Below, piece by piece: positions 26,963 through 37,076 of a stretch of 64,000 nucleotides of DNA. The notes below the pieces were generated by a model. It worked only from the letters and a program-made list of their open reading frames with translations. It was not told the DNA's origin and ran no database searches. This DNA comes from an uncultured Thermodesulfobacteriota bacterium (GTDB lineage Bacteria; Desulfobacterota; CAZCTP01). The position numbers were made by a program, and so were the translations under genes. How positions within the stretch are numbered: position 1 is the first letter of the stretch; each line of letters starts with the position of its first letter. The stretch spans positions 2,446 through 66,445 of the forward strand of contig CAZCTP010000005.1 in NCBI GenBank assembly GCA_964501575.1, read 5' to 3'.

Positions 26963-27369
26963 AGTTTTAATATACCATAAAAATTTAGCATGAAAAATAG
27001 AAAGAAAATTATAATAATTTAAAATTAAAATAAAATAATAAAATATTGATAAATTAAAGTTAGAATATTCCTATTATTGCTTTAAATGAGCTTTCTAATT
27101 TCATCAAAAGTTTATATAAAATTTCCCTGAGAATTGTCGAAGGAATAAATTCACAACAGTAAATATCTATTTTTTGAAATAGGAGATACAGAATGTGACA
27201 ACAAATTGTTTTATCAATTCATAATTTGTTCTTTATGTTATTCTGAATTAATAAATTTGTGAAATTTAAGAAATTACTGTTTTCGACAGAGCAGGGCGTT
27301 TCCGGTTATTCCCCAGAAAATGATTGATATTGGATGAAAAAATATTTAAAATAAAAAAGGAGGTGTATT

Positions 27370-27924
27370 ATGAAACCTACTGATCAATTAAAAGAAGAGC
27401 ATAAAGCAATAAAGTTGATGTTGGATATCTTGGAAAAGATTTATAGAAAGCTTGAAGCTGGAGAAGAAATAAATAAAGAGGATCTTGATAAAATTTTAGA
27501 GTTTACCAGTGTATTTATAAGCAAATGCCATCATGGGAAAGAAGAAGATTTACTTTTCCCAGCTATGGAAGAAGCAGGTGTTCCCAGGAAGGGAGGGCCA
27601 ATAGAAGTTATGATTGAAGAGCATGATATAGGTAGAGAATGTGTAAAAGCTTTGAATGGAGCTATTAAAAAATATAAAACAAATGATACAGAAGCTATAG
27701 ATGAAATAATTAAAAATGCCAGGAATTATGTTGGCCTTCTTAGGACACACATTGATAAAGAAGATAATATACTTTATTCAATGGCAGATGCACATCTTTC
27801 AAGAGAGAAGCAAGATAAGTTATTGAAGGAATTCGAAATTGTTGAAAACGAAAAGATTGGCATAGGGAAGCATGAAGAGTTTCATAAACTTTTACACCAT
27901 TTAAAAGATGTTTACTTAAAATGA
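27370..27924 (+). CDS. Hemerythrin-like HHE cation-binding domain protein
   Basis: Repeated H/E ligand motifs (H.E.....H, CHHGKEEDLLFP, HIDKEDN). SD AAGGAGGTG. Confidence 0.7.
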   Translation: MKPTDQLKEEHKAIKLMLDILEKIYRKLEAGEEINKEDLDKILEFTSVFISKCHHGKEEDLLFPAMEEAGVPRKGGPIEVMIEEHDIGRECVKALNGAIKKYKTNDTEAIDEIIKNARNYVGLLRTHIDKEDNILYSMADAHLSREKQDKLLKEFEIVENEKIGIGKHEEFHKLLHHLKDVYLK

Positions 27925-28189
27925 TTTATAATTAGCAAAATTACCTATCAGTTGATAAAATAGGAATTTATAAAAGGTTTAGAGGTAATTCCTTTATCTT
28001 TTTTCCCTCCCCTGAGTGTTTTTCTTTAAAACCTTAACCTCGGTTATCCTTTGGAAGAAGGGAAGTTAATTTAGGAACAAAAATTCTTTAATCCTTTCCA
28101 GGTAAAAAGGAAATATTTTGGGGGCTTTATGCCCCAATTGTCAAGAATTAATGAATTCACTATAAATTGCTGTTTGTTGGGATTAAAGT

Positions 28190-28218
28190 TTGACACGAAT
28201 TTCTTTTTAAAATAAAAT
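28190..28218 (+). promoter_or_regulatory. Candidate sigma70-type promoter (TTGACA-N17-TAAAAT)
   Basis: The hexamers were read directly, about 27 nt upstream of the ATG at 28245. Confidence 0.45.
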
Positions 28219-28244
28219 GTGTTATTAAATGGTGGTATAATTAA

Positions 28245-29189
28245 ATGAGACTTGCAAAGGAAAAAAAATCTACTTTATTCACAATTCTTCTTATAATTAT
28301 TATTACTTTCCTTTCCTGTGGCAAATATAGTGATGAAAAGGTAATAAATTTAGAAGAAAAGGAATCGATAAAAGAGGGGAGAAATGTTTCCAAAGATGAA
28401 TCTCTTCGTATTGCTGTAGGTGGGATGATTACACCAAGAGAGGGATTTTCTTACTACAAGAGACTTCTTGATTATATAGGTGAAAAATTAGGGAAATATG
28501 TTGATTTTGTTGATAGGGAGGATTATGCAGAGATTAATAGATTGCTGAAGTCAGGTAATATTGATGTAGCCTTTGTATGTGGTGGTCCTTATGTTGATGG
28601 TCATGAAGACTTTGGGCTTGAACTTCTTGTAGCTCCTGTTATAAATGGGAAGACTGTTTATTATTCATATATTATAGTGAATAGGAACAGTGATATAAAA
28701 GAAATTGAGGATCTTAGAGGGAAAATATTTGCCTTTACTGATCCACTTTCAAATACTGGGGAACTTGTTCCCACCTATATGCTTTCCAAGATGAATGAGA
28801 CTCCGGATACATTTTTTAAAAAGTGTGTTTTTACATACGCCCATGACAGGTCTATAGAAGCAGTTGCCCAGAAACTTGTGGATGGTGCTGCGGTTGATAG
28901 CCTGATATGGGAATATTTAAATAAGGTCAACCCCAAATTGACCTCAGAAACAAGAATAATAAAGAGATCACCCCCTTATGGGATTCCACCTGTAGTAGTA
29001 CGTCCTGACCTTGATCCTGAATTAAAGAAGAGGATTAAGGATATATTCCTTAATATACATAGAGATAAAGAGGGACAGAAGATATTAGAGGGAATGATGA
29101 TCGAGAAATTTGTTCAGATAGATGATAGTGCCTATGACTCTATAAGGGCGATGAAAAATTGGCTAAAAGAATCACTTCATGGTGAATAA
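28245..29189 (+). CDS. Periplasmic substrate-binding lipoprotein, PhnD/SsuA-like
   Basis: Lipobox-like FLSC, followed by similarity to the phosphonate-binding PBP fold (RIAVGGM...VDVAFVCGGPY). Confidence 0.65.
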   Translation: MRLAKEKKSTLFTILLIIIITFLSCGKYSDEKVINLEEKESIKEGRNVSKDESLRIAVGGMITPREGFSYYKRLLDYIGEKLGKYVDFVDREDYAEINRLLKSGNIDVAFVCGGPYVDGHEDFGLELLVAPVINGKTVYYSYIIVNRNSDIKEIEDLRGKIFAFTDPLSNTGELVPTYMLSKMNETPDTFFKKCVFTYAHDRSIEAVAQKLVDGAAVDSLIWEYLNKVNPKLTSETRIIKRSPPYGIPPVVVRPDLDPELKKRIKDIFLNIHRDKEGQKILEGMMIEKFVQIDDSAYDSIRAMKNWLKESLHGE

Positions 29190-29198
29190 AAATAAAAG

Positions 29199-30860
29199 AT
29201 GTTTGGATTGAGAAATAAGTTTCTCATTGTTAATTTTTTTATAGGATTACTGGCAGGAATATTAATTTTATTGTCTATAAAGAGTATACTCCATAAGAAA
29301 CTCCTTATAGAATTGCAGAAGAGAGGAGTATTTATGGCAAGACATCTGGCTAAGCTGTCCTCTCAGAGATTGTTGACAGAAAAAATTTTTCTACTACAAA
29401 TGGATATAAATGATTTTAAGAAGTCTAATGATGATATTGAATACATTTTTATTAAAGATTCTCATGGGAAAGTGGTTGTTCATACCTTTAGAAATGGATT
29501 TCCTGTTCAACTTAAAAATTATAATGAATTAAAAGATGGTCAGCAGTGCAGTATAAAGGAGTTCTCATCAAGCAGGGGTATAATCTATGATATAGCGGTT
29601 CCGATTGTAATGGGCAGATTAGGGGTTGCCCATATTGGATTAACAGAAAGGTTTATAAAAAAGAGCACTTCTGAAATTGTATGGGTAGTTTTACGTATAA
29701 TCTTTGTTATTCTATTTATAAGTGGAATGTTAGCCATTCTATTTTCTATGAAGATCACAAAGCCTATTTCAAAACTTGTTGAGGCTTCAAAGGAGATAGG
29801 TGCGGGTAATCTTAGGCATCGTGTAGATATAAAATCCAAGGATGAGATAGGTGAGCTTGCAAAAACCTTTAATACAATGGCTGATAGTCTGCTTAACTCT
29901 CGTAATAGACTTGAGAAAGAGATTGCTGAAAGAAAGATCACCCAGATAGGGCTTGAGGAATCTGTTGAGTTTCTTAATTCAATCTTTGATAGTATAAGGG
30001 ACCCCTTTGTAATACTGGATAGAGATCTCAGGATTATAAGGGTAAACAATGCATACGCTCGGATTAAAGGTAAACCAGTGGATTCCTTAGCAGGAGGAAC
30101 ATGTTATAGAATTCTTGAAGGAAGGGATAACATATGTGATAATTGTGTAATAGAAAAAACCTTTAAATCAGGTGAACCATGTATAAAGGAGAAAAAGGTT
30201 TTATTGCCTGAAGGCTCTGAAGCATGGTTTGAACTTTATACTTATCCAATTTATGATAAAGAAAGTTCGATAAGATATGTAATTGAGTATACTCGTGATA
30301 TTACCGGGAGGAAGAAGGCTGAGGAGGAAACAAAGAGATTGATAAAAGAACTTGAAGAACTTTCAAGAACAGATAGTCTTACAGGAGTCTTTAACAGGAG
30401 GGTATTACTTGAGTTGCTTGAATATAACTTAAATAGAGCAAAGAGATATAGTAATAATCTTTCAGTGATATTATGTGATGTAGACAGATTTAAAGAGATT
30501 AATGATACTTATGGCCACCCTGTGGGTGATGTAGTACTTAAGACGATTGCTCAACTTATGAGAGATACACTGAGATCTATTGATATTATTGTACGGTATG
30601 GTGGTGATGAATTTTTGATAATGCTTCCAGAAACAGCTTTATATGGTGCAATGGATGTAGCTGAAAGGATCAGGAATGGGGTAGAGAAAACGCAAATTAG
30701 TGTTTCCGATAATATAAATATCAATCTTACATTGAGTCTTGGAGTAGTGGATTGTAAAGATATTTCCGATGTGAATGATATATTAAGAATCGTAGATTAC
30801 GCACTCTATGAATCAAAGAAAGGCGGTAGAAATAGAATATATGCATCTGGATTAAAGTAG
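29199..30860 (+). CDS. Diguanylate cyclase with periplasmic sensor loop, HAMP, PAS and GGDEF domains
   Basis: Two TM segments flank a periplasmic region of about 135 aa, followed by HAMP, PAS and GGDEF (RYGGDEFLIMLP). It starts 10 bp after the PBP gene. Confidence 0.85.
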   Translation: MFGLRNKFLIVNFFIGLLAGILILLSIKSILHKKLLIELQKRGVFMARHLAKLSSQRLLTEKIFLLQMDINDFKKSNDDIEYIFIKDSHGKVVVHTFRNGFPVQLKNYNELKDGQQCSIKEFSSSRGIIYDIAVPIVMGRLGVAHIGLTERFIKKSTSEIVWVVLRIIFVILFISGMLAILFSMKITKPISKLVEASKEIGAGNLRHRVDIKSKDEIGELAKTFNTMADSLLNSRNRLEKEIAERKITQIGLEESVEFLNSIFDSIRDPFVILDRDLRIIRVNNAYARIKGKPVDSLAGGTCYRILEGRDNICDNCVIEKTFKSGEPCIKEKKVLLPEGSEAWFELYTYPIYDKESSIRYVIEYTRDITGRKKAEEETKRLIKELEELSRTDSLTGVFNRRVLLELLEYNLNRAKRYSNNLSVILCDVDRFKEINDTYGHPVGDVVLKTIAQLMRDTLRSIDIIVRYGGDEFLIMLPETALYGAMDVAERIRNGVEKTQISVSDNININLTLSLGVVDCKDISDVNDILRIVDYALYESKKGGRNRIYASGLK

Positions 30861-31074
30861 TAGTATTATGATAATATAAAAACTTTTAACTAATAGTAAG
30901 AGTGTAGATTCTATACTCTGGGATATGACAAGAATTAAAAAGGGATCTTGAGTGAAGATTGTAAGCTTTCAAAATAGCTCCAAAAATATTTAGGTTATTC
31001 AATGGGAAATAATTTATATGAGAATTTAATATGATATAATGGATTGTCAAAGATTATATGAATGAGGTGAGTAT

Positions 31075-32220
31075 ATGTTTTTAGAGCTTACTCAGGATGA
31101 AAGGAGTATTAGAGATATAGCTAAAAGATTTGCTAGAGAGAAGGTTTTTCCAAGAGCTAAAGAGATAGATGAAGGAGATGAATATCCAGAGGATTTATTT
31201 AAGCTTTTAGCAGAGATGGGATATTTTGGGATGATAGTCCCAGAGAAATATGGAGGGGTAGGAGGTAGTCTATTGTCCCTATGTTTGGTGATAGAAGAGC
31301 TTGCAAAGGTATGCGGGTCTACCTCTTTAAATGTTGGTGTTCAAACCGGAGGTATGATGCCAATTATTATTGCCGGGAATGAAGACCAAAAACAGGGATA
31401 TCTTCCTAAGCTTGCGGCTGGTGAATATATATCTGCATTGGCAATTACAGAACCGGATGCAGGTTCTGATGTTTCCTCTATAAAGACAAAGGCTTATTTA
31501 GATGGGAATGAGTGGGTTATAAGTGGTAATAAATGTTTTATAACCAATGGGGGAGTTGCTCATATATATTCAGTTTTTGCGAAAACAGATCCAGAACTTG
31601 GAAGGAAAGGAATAAGTGTATTTCTGGTTGAAAAGGAGAGGAGAGGACTATATTTTGGTAAAGTTGAAAATAAAATGGGTATGAGAGGTTCAAGGACATC
31701 CGAAGTAATTTTTGATAATCTAAGAATACCTGAGGGAAATATGCTTGGGAAGAGAGGAGATGGTTTTAAGATAGCTATGGAAACCTTAAGGATAACAAGG
31801 CCTACAATTGCTGCTCAGGGAGTTGGTATTGCACAGGGAGCATTTGAATATGCATTGAGTTATGCAAAGGAAAGGAAACAGTTTGGAAAGCCTATTACCT
31901 CATTTCAGGCAATCCAGTTTATGCTTGCAGATATAGCAACAGAGATTGAAGCAGCAAGGCTCCTTGTTTATAAAGCTGCATCTCTTATTGATAGAGGTGA
32001 AGAAGATATAGCAATGATAAGCTCCATGGCAAAGAGGTTTGCAACCGATGTTGCCATGAAGACAACAATAGATGCTGTTCAAATTCTTGGAGGATATGGA
32101 TACATGAAGGATCATCCAGTAGAAAGGATGATGAGGGATGCAAAGCTCCTACAGATATATGAAGGGACAAATCAGATTCAGAGAAATATAATAGCAAAGG
32201 AGTTGATTAAAGATGTCTAA
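31075..32220 (+). CDS. Acyl-CoA dehydrogenase
   Basis: 381 aa with the ACAD N-terminal, middle and C-terminal domains, including the catalytic Glu region near the C-terminus (YEGTNQIQ). Confidence 0.85.
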   Translation: MFLELTQDERSIRDIAKRFAREKVFPRAKEIDEGDEYPEDLFKLLAEMGYFGMIVPEKYGGVGGSLLSLCLVIEELAKVCGSTSLNVGVQTGGMMPIIIAGNEDQKQGYLPKLAAGEYISALAITEPDAGSDVSSIKTKAYLDGNEWVISGNKCFITNGGVAHIYSVFAKTDPELGRKGISVFLVEKERRGLYFGKVENKMGMRGSRTSEVIFDNLRIPEGNMLGKRGDGFKIAMETLRITRPTIAAQGVGIAQGAFEYALSYAKERKQFGKPITSFQAIQFMLADIATEIEAARLLVYKAASLIDRGEEDIAMISSMAKRFATDVAMKTTIDAVQILGGYGYMKDHPVERMMRDAKLLQIYEGTNQIQRNIIAKELIKDV

Positions 32221-32692
32221 GTTAACCCATTTTGATGATCAGGGAAGGTCAAAAATGGTGGATATTACGGATAAGGATATTACAAATAGAGAGGCTGTAG
32301 CTTCATGTTATGTAATTGTAAATCCTGATACATTTAGTCTTATAGTAAATAAAGAGATAGAGAAGGGAGACGTATTTGAAGTTGCAAGAATAGCCGGTAT
32401 AATGGGGGGTAAAAAGACAGGTGAACTTATTCCAATGTGTCATCCATTGAATATTACATCCATTGATATAAAGTTCTATCCTGTAAATGAGGAGAGCAAG
32501 ATAAAGGTGGAGTCTACAGTAAAAATAGTTGGTAGAACTGGGGTTGAGATGGAAGCCTTAATATCTGCTACTATAGCTGCACTTACAATATATGATATGT
32601 GTAAAGGGGTAGATAAAGGGATAACAATAACAGATATAAAGCTTATAAGTAAAAAGGGGGGTAAAAGCGGGGATTTCTTCAGGGAATCCTGA
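32213..32692 (+). CDS. moaC: Cyclic pyranopterin monophosphate synthase accessory protein
   Basis: 159 aa, all of which align to MoaC. It overlaps the ACAD stop. Confidence 0.85.
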   Translation: MSKLTHFDDQGRSKMVDITDKDITNREAVASCYVIVNPDTFSLIVNKEIEKGDVFEVARIAGIMGGKKTGELIPMCHPLNITSIDIKFYPVNEESKIKVESTVKIVGRTGVEMEALISATIAALTIYDMCKGVDKGITITDIKLISKKGGKSGDFFRES

Positions 32693-33683
32693 GCTTCTGA
32701 TATTTTCTTACTGCCAGATTATGTTCTCTAAGATTAGTTGAATAATAATGGGTTCCATCGTTTTTTGAGACGAAATATAGATAGTTACTCTTAGCAGGAT
32801 ACAAAGCAGCAATTATTGATTCCTCTCCAGGGTTACAGATAGGTCCTATAGGAAGTCCATTAATAACATATGTATTAAAAGGAGTAGGCTTCTTTAAGTC
32901 TCTCTTCCTTATATTTCCATTAAAGTCTTTAAAAATCCCGTATATAACAGTTGGATCGCTCTGGAGTCTCATGCCTATCTTAAGCCTGTTGTGTAATACA
33001 GATGAAACCCTAAATTTTTCACTCATAAGGAAAGCTTCTTTTTCTATTATAGATGCTAAAATAATTATATCTTTTTTATTCATTCCTTTTCTCTTCTCTA
33101 TAGGATAATATTTCTTTAGATATATTTCATTGAAGTGCGAAACCATCTTTTTTATAATATCCTCTGGAGGGATTCCCTTTCTGAAATAATATGTATCAGG
33201 GAACAGATATCCTTCCACACTTATGCCATCAATTCCTAAGGAATGGATTAAATCTTTATTAAATGCTGCTTTAATAAATGACTTTGAATCACATATTCCA
33301 TCATTTTCAAGTAATTTTCCTATTTGATAGATATTATAACCCTCTGGAATTGTGACTCTGTGTTCTAAGCTTCTTCCTCTTTCCAATATATTTAACAATT
33401 CTCTTAATGGGGTTGATGTATAGAGCTCATATTCACCAGCCTTGATATTTACTTCATAGTATTTAGCAAGGAGTATAAAATTCCACTCATTTTTTATAAT
33501 TCCCTTAACTTTTAATATCTTTGCAATATCAGAAATATTTTCCCCTGGTGATATTAGTACAATTTTCTTTATATGAGGATTATTCACTGTTCTATATTTA
33601 TCGAAATAGAACAAGAGCAGTACAGATATTACAATAAGGATAGTACTCAGTATTAATATTACTCTTCGTATACTACTTTTCAC
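32679..33683 (-). CDS. mltG: Endolytic murein transglycosylase (YceG-like)
   Basis: N-terminal TM segment plus a YceG-like domain. 334 aa. It overlaps ruvX. Confidence 0.8.
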   Translation of the reverse strand: MKSSIRRVILILSTILIVISVLLLFYFDKYRTVNNPHIKKIVLISPGENISDIAKILKVKGIIKNEWNFILLAKYYEVNIKAGEYELYTSTPLRELLNILERGRSLEHRVTIPEGYNIYQIGKLLENDGICDSKSFIKAAFNKDLIHSLGIDGISVEGYLFPDTYYFRKGIPPEDIIKKMVSHFNEIYLKKYYPIEKRKGMNKKDIIILASIIEKEAFLMSEKFRVSSVLHNRLKIGMRLQSDPTVIYGIFKDFNGNIRKRDLKKPTPFNTYVINGLPIGPICNPGEESIIAALYPAKSNYLYFVSKNDGTHYYSTNLREHNLAVRKYQKLRIP

Positions 33684-34083
33684 CCCTTATACTATCTAAA
33701 TATCCTTGGAGAATAAATGTAGCTGCCAATTTATCCACAGTTTTCTTTCTCTTTTTTCTACTTACATTTCCATCTATAAGTACCCTACTTGCAGCCTTTG
33801 TAGAAAATCTTTCATCCCAGGTTGTTACGGGAACGTGGAGGAGGGCTTCTATCTCATTTATAAAAATTAAAACCTCCTCCACTTCCTTACCCATACTTCC
33901 ATCTTCTCTGATCGGAAGACCTACCACTATCTTTTTAACTTCCATCTCCTCTACAATATCTTTAAGTATTGATATATTCTCAGTTTCTATAACTTTTAAC
34001 CCATTGGCAATTATAGAATTCTCATCACTAATAGCAATACCTATCCTCTTTTTTCCAAAATCTAATCCTAAAATTCTTCCCAT
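33673..34083 (-). CDS. ruvX: Putative pre-16S rRNA nuclease / Holliday-junction resolvase YqgF
   Basis: N-terminal ILGLDFGKKRIGIAISD, an RNase H-like fold. 136 aa. Confidence 0.8.
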   Translation of the reverse strand: MGRILGLDFGKKRIGIAISDENSIIANGLKVIETENISILKDIVEEMEVKKIVVGLPIREDGSMGKEVEEVLIFINEIEALLHVPVTTWDERFSTKAASRVLIDGNVSRKKRKKTVDKLAATFILQGYLDSIRGEK

Positions 34084-34869
34084 CTATCTTCTGAATTTAG
34101 AGAAGTCAGGTTTTCTCTTTTCAAGAAATGCATTCTGTCCTTCTAGTGCCTCACCAGTCTTAAAATAATCCGGGGCTAACATCCTTTGATAGGAGAGAGG
34201 GTCATGTCGCATATAATCAAATTCACTCTCGAAGGTCGCTTTCAAAACTCTTAAACATGTGGGGCTCATAGAGAGTATCTCCTGGCACCATTTATCTACT
34301 TCTTCATCTAACTTCTCCATAGGTACAACAGCATTTACAAGCCCCATTTCAAGAGCTTCCTTTGCAGTATATCTCCTACACAAATACCACATCTCCCTTG
34401 CTTTTTTTGCTCCGATTACTCTTACAAGATAACTTACAATATATCCACCAGCAGGGCTTCCAACCCTTGGTCCGTTTTGACCAAATATAGCATGTTCCGC
34501 TGCAATGGTTAAATCACAATAGTATGCTACATGATTTCCCCATCCTATTGCATATCCATTAACTCTTGCAATAACAGGTTTTAGACAGTTTCTTATTGCA
34601 TTATGAATATCTATGTAATAGTCCCATATATCTGGAAAACCTTTATTTTTTTCCCAATTTATATCTCCTCCGGCACAGAATGCTTTATCTCCAGCTCCTG
34701 TCAGAACAACCACACCTATTGTTTTGTCATCGGTGGCATCATGAAATGCCTTTATCATCTCGAGCATTGTTTCATCCGTAACAGCATTCCGGACATGAGG
34801 ACGATTGATAGTTATTCTTGCAACTCCATCCTTCTTTTCATATATTATATCCTTAAAATCCAGTCCCAT
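34084..34869 (-). CDS. MenB/BadI-family crotonase (1,4-dihydroxy-2-naphthoyl-CoA synthase-like)
   Basis: High similarity to MenB over the whole length (LTGAGDKAFCAGGD, GYAIGWG, C-terminal KRKPDFSKF). Confidence 0.75.
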   Translation of the reverse strand: MGLDFKDIIYEKKDGVARITINRPHVRNAVTDETMLEMIKAFHDATDDKTIGVVVLTGAGDKAFCAGGDINWEKNKGFPDIWDYYIDIHNAIRNCLKPVIARVNGYAIGWGNHVAYYCDLTIAAEHAIFGQNGPRVGSPAGGYIVSYLVRVIGAKKAREMWYLCRRYTAKEALEMGLVNAVVPMEKLDEEVDKWCQEILSMSPTCLRVLKATFESEFDYMRHDPLSYQRMLAPDYFKTGEALEGQNAFLEKRKPDFSKFRR

Positions 34870-34880
34870 ATAAAACCTCC

Positions 34881-35219
34881 TTAAAAATATTTAACTATAT
34901 CATTCATTATATCAAAACCTGCTCCACCAGAAAATACTATACCCACTCCAATAGCCTCTTTTATCTCTTCCTTTTTTGCACCAAGCTCATAGGCAATCGG
35001 TATATAATAGGGGAATATGTTATTCAGCCTCATAGCAGTGGCTATGCTTAAAGCCATAAGAACCTTAGTCTTTCTATCCAGAGCTCCATCACCCATTAGT
35101 TTATTTCTCATAAGCAAATAACCTTCCAATATATCTGGAAACTTATCTGCAACTGGTCTAACCTTATCTGGTAGCGAATTTGATATTTCCTTGAGTATAT
35201 TTAGTATATTTTCATTCAT
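34881..35219 (-). CDS. Carboxymuconolactone decarboxylase (AhpD-like) family protein
   Basis: 112 aa with the CMD-domain pattern. It is contiguous with the UbiD stop. Confidence 0.55.
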   Translation of the reverse strand: MNENILNILKEISNSLPDKVRPVADKFPDILEGYLLMRNKLMGDGALDRKTKVLMALSIATAMRLNNIFPYYIPIAYELGAKKEEIKEAIGVGIVFSGGAGFDIMNDIVKYF

Positions 35220-36719
35220 TTAAATCCTCCTCTCAGCCATACTCTTAGCATATGGAGATTGCATTGCTCTTCCCTTATTTATCTCATTATCTGTGAACCA
35301 TCTTTTCAGGTCAACCTTTGGATGTTTCCCCAGTCTAAATTTCCATTTATTGGCATACGGGATCGTCGCATCAATTCCTATTACAGAGGCAAGTCCTATT
35401 CTACCTGGATCATCAGCTTTCTCTGTTGGAAAGTTGGCTGTTCCCCTTATATCATTCAATATCACGTAATCACTGGCTGGATCAGCTCTTGTCATTATAG
35501 CCCAAAGTACTTCCTCCGGATCATATATATTTACATCCTCATCCACTATAACAACCATTCTTAAACCGGCAAGTGCTGTAAATGCAGAAAGGATAATATT
35601 CTTCTGATATCCTTCGTCCCTCCTCCTCCTTTTCTTTACCTGGATTACTATTCCACCAAAGGATTTCATACCATCTAATATATGGGTATCTATAACAAGT
35701 CCAGGACATATTCTATTACCCACATCATACATAGATGCTTCCCTTAAGAAACTACATATATTGTTGCCATCGATAGAATGGGCAAGGGGAGTAAAGAATA
35801 TCGGGTCATCTCTATGGGTTATGGCTGTAGCTTGAAATTTATATGTTTTATAGGATTTTCCGAGATAGCCAGGATATTCCGGGAAGAAAGGGGCCTTTCC
35901 AATCTCCCCCAATTTTTTTGCCTCCTCACTTTCCCATACCGTCTCCTTTGTATCAACATACCCTTCAATAACCCATTCGGCACAGGCAAGTGCATAGGCA
36001 TCAACTGTTTTAGCATTGACTATCTCAACAGGAGTTCCCTGAAGCGCACCAGCTATACCCAATTCATTACATCCAACAGGTACTGAAATCTTCATTCCGC
36101 CACCACCTGCTGCAATCCATATTGCGGGAGATGTACATATATTTATTGTTAATGGTAGTCTGCCTTTATTATCTGCAGTCCTTAATACATGATGCTCAAA
36201 ATGGGTATTAAGATTTATTGATAGACTTGACCAATCTTTACCCTGAAAGTGGGCTCTATTAAATGATATATGAAAGCCGCTTTCAGGGTTTCCTACCAAG
36301 GTATTCCCTCCTCCTAAAATTCTTCCTGCATCCTCTTCAGTATGTTTTATTATAGGTAGTGTAGCAAGAACATCTATACCCTTTGTAATAACATTCTTCT
36401 GGGACGGAGCGCTGTCCACAACTGTTGGATTTAGGGGATTCTTCATTGCATCAAGACACTTAAATTTGAATTTTCTATGGTCATCAATATCAAATATCCT
36501 TGCTACTCTTTCTCTCTTAGCACATATATTTGTTGTTATTTTATGTCCAGGATATCCCTTTATATTCTCAAACAGAAGGGCTGGCCCCCCATCAAATGCC
36601 TTTGCAATACCAGATACTTCATATATTGGATCAACTTCATTCTTCACAACAAATATATCACCGATATCTTTTAAGTATTCAATTGTAGACCTTGTACTTG
36701 TAATATCTTTCTTAGCCAT
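35220..36719 (-). CDS. UbiD-family (prFMN-dependent) reversible decarboxylase
   Basis: 499 aa aligning across the full UbiD fold. Confidence 0.8.
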   Translation of the reverse strand: MAKKDITSTRSTIEYLKDIGDIFVVKNEVDPIYEVSGIAKAFDGGPALLFENIKGYPGHKITTNICAKRERVARIFDIDDHRKFKFKCLDAMKNPLNPTVVDSAPSQKNVITKGIDVLATLPIIKHTEEDAGRILGGGNTLVGNPESGFHISFNRAHFQGKDWSSLSINLNTHFEHHVLRTADNKGRLPLTINICTSPAIWIAAGGGGMKISVPVGCNELGIAGALQGTPVEIVNAKTVDAYALACAEWVIEGYVDTKETVWESEEAKKLGEIGKAPFFPEYPGYLGKSYKTYKFQATAITHRDDPIFFTPLAHSIDGNNICSFLREASMYDVGNRICPGLVIDTHILDGMKSFGGIVIQVKKRRRRDEGYQKNIILSAFTALAGLRMVVIVDEDVNIYDPEEVLWAIMTRADPASDYVILNDIRGTANFPTEKADDPGRIGLASVIGIDATIPYANKWKFRLGKHPKVDLKRWFTDNEINKGRAMQSPYAKSMAERRI

Positions 36720-36740
36720 ATTTGTTCCTCCTTCAATAAG

Positions 36741-37076
36741 TTATACTTCAAAAGCCAAATTTTTAAACCCTTTCTGGCAGTCTCTATCCAGAGATCCACC
36801 AGCAACTCCAGGAATAAATGATATTGTGTCATTATCCTTTAATATTCTATTTAACATTTCTTCAGAATTTGCAGATATACCATTAAGAAGTATAGAGATT
36901 CCAGGAATCCCTGTTTTTGGATTTATAATAATACTTCTCTTAAATTCTTCCCCGTATTTCTTGATAATAATATCTATAAATTCTCTCAAGTTAACCTCTT
37001 TATTAAGAGTAAAAATTTCCACCTCCTTTCCTATTATATTCTTAAGACTCAGATAATATTTAACTTCAACTTTCAT
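36741..37076 (-). CDS. MoaD/ThiS-like small protein with a 17-aa tail after Gly-Gly
   Basis: ...FIPGVAGG followed by SLDRDCQKGFKNLAFEV. It overlaps the upstream AOR by 11 nt. Confidence 0.5.
   Translation of the reverse strand: MKVEVKYYLSLKNIIGKEVEIFTLNKEVNLREFIDIIIKKYGEEFKRSIIINPKTGIPGISILLNGISANSEEMLNRILKDNDTISFIPGVAGGSLDRDCQKGFKNLAFEV

Noticed and set aside
27958-28004. Inverted repeat GGAATT-N22-AATTCC followed by a T-rich stretch after the hemerythrin gene, considered as a terminator
   Set aside because: The 22-nt loop and AT-only stem are too weak for an intrinsic terminator.
28117-28136. GC hairpin TTGGGGGC-tttat-GCCCCAA upstream of the PBP gene promoter
   Set aside because: There is no downstream T-tract and it is upstream of the predicted -35, so it is not a terminator or attenuator in an obvious position. 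It could be a factor-binding palindrome, but the evidence is insufficient.
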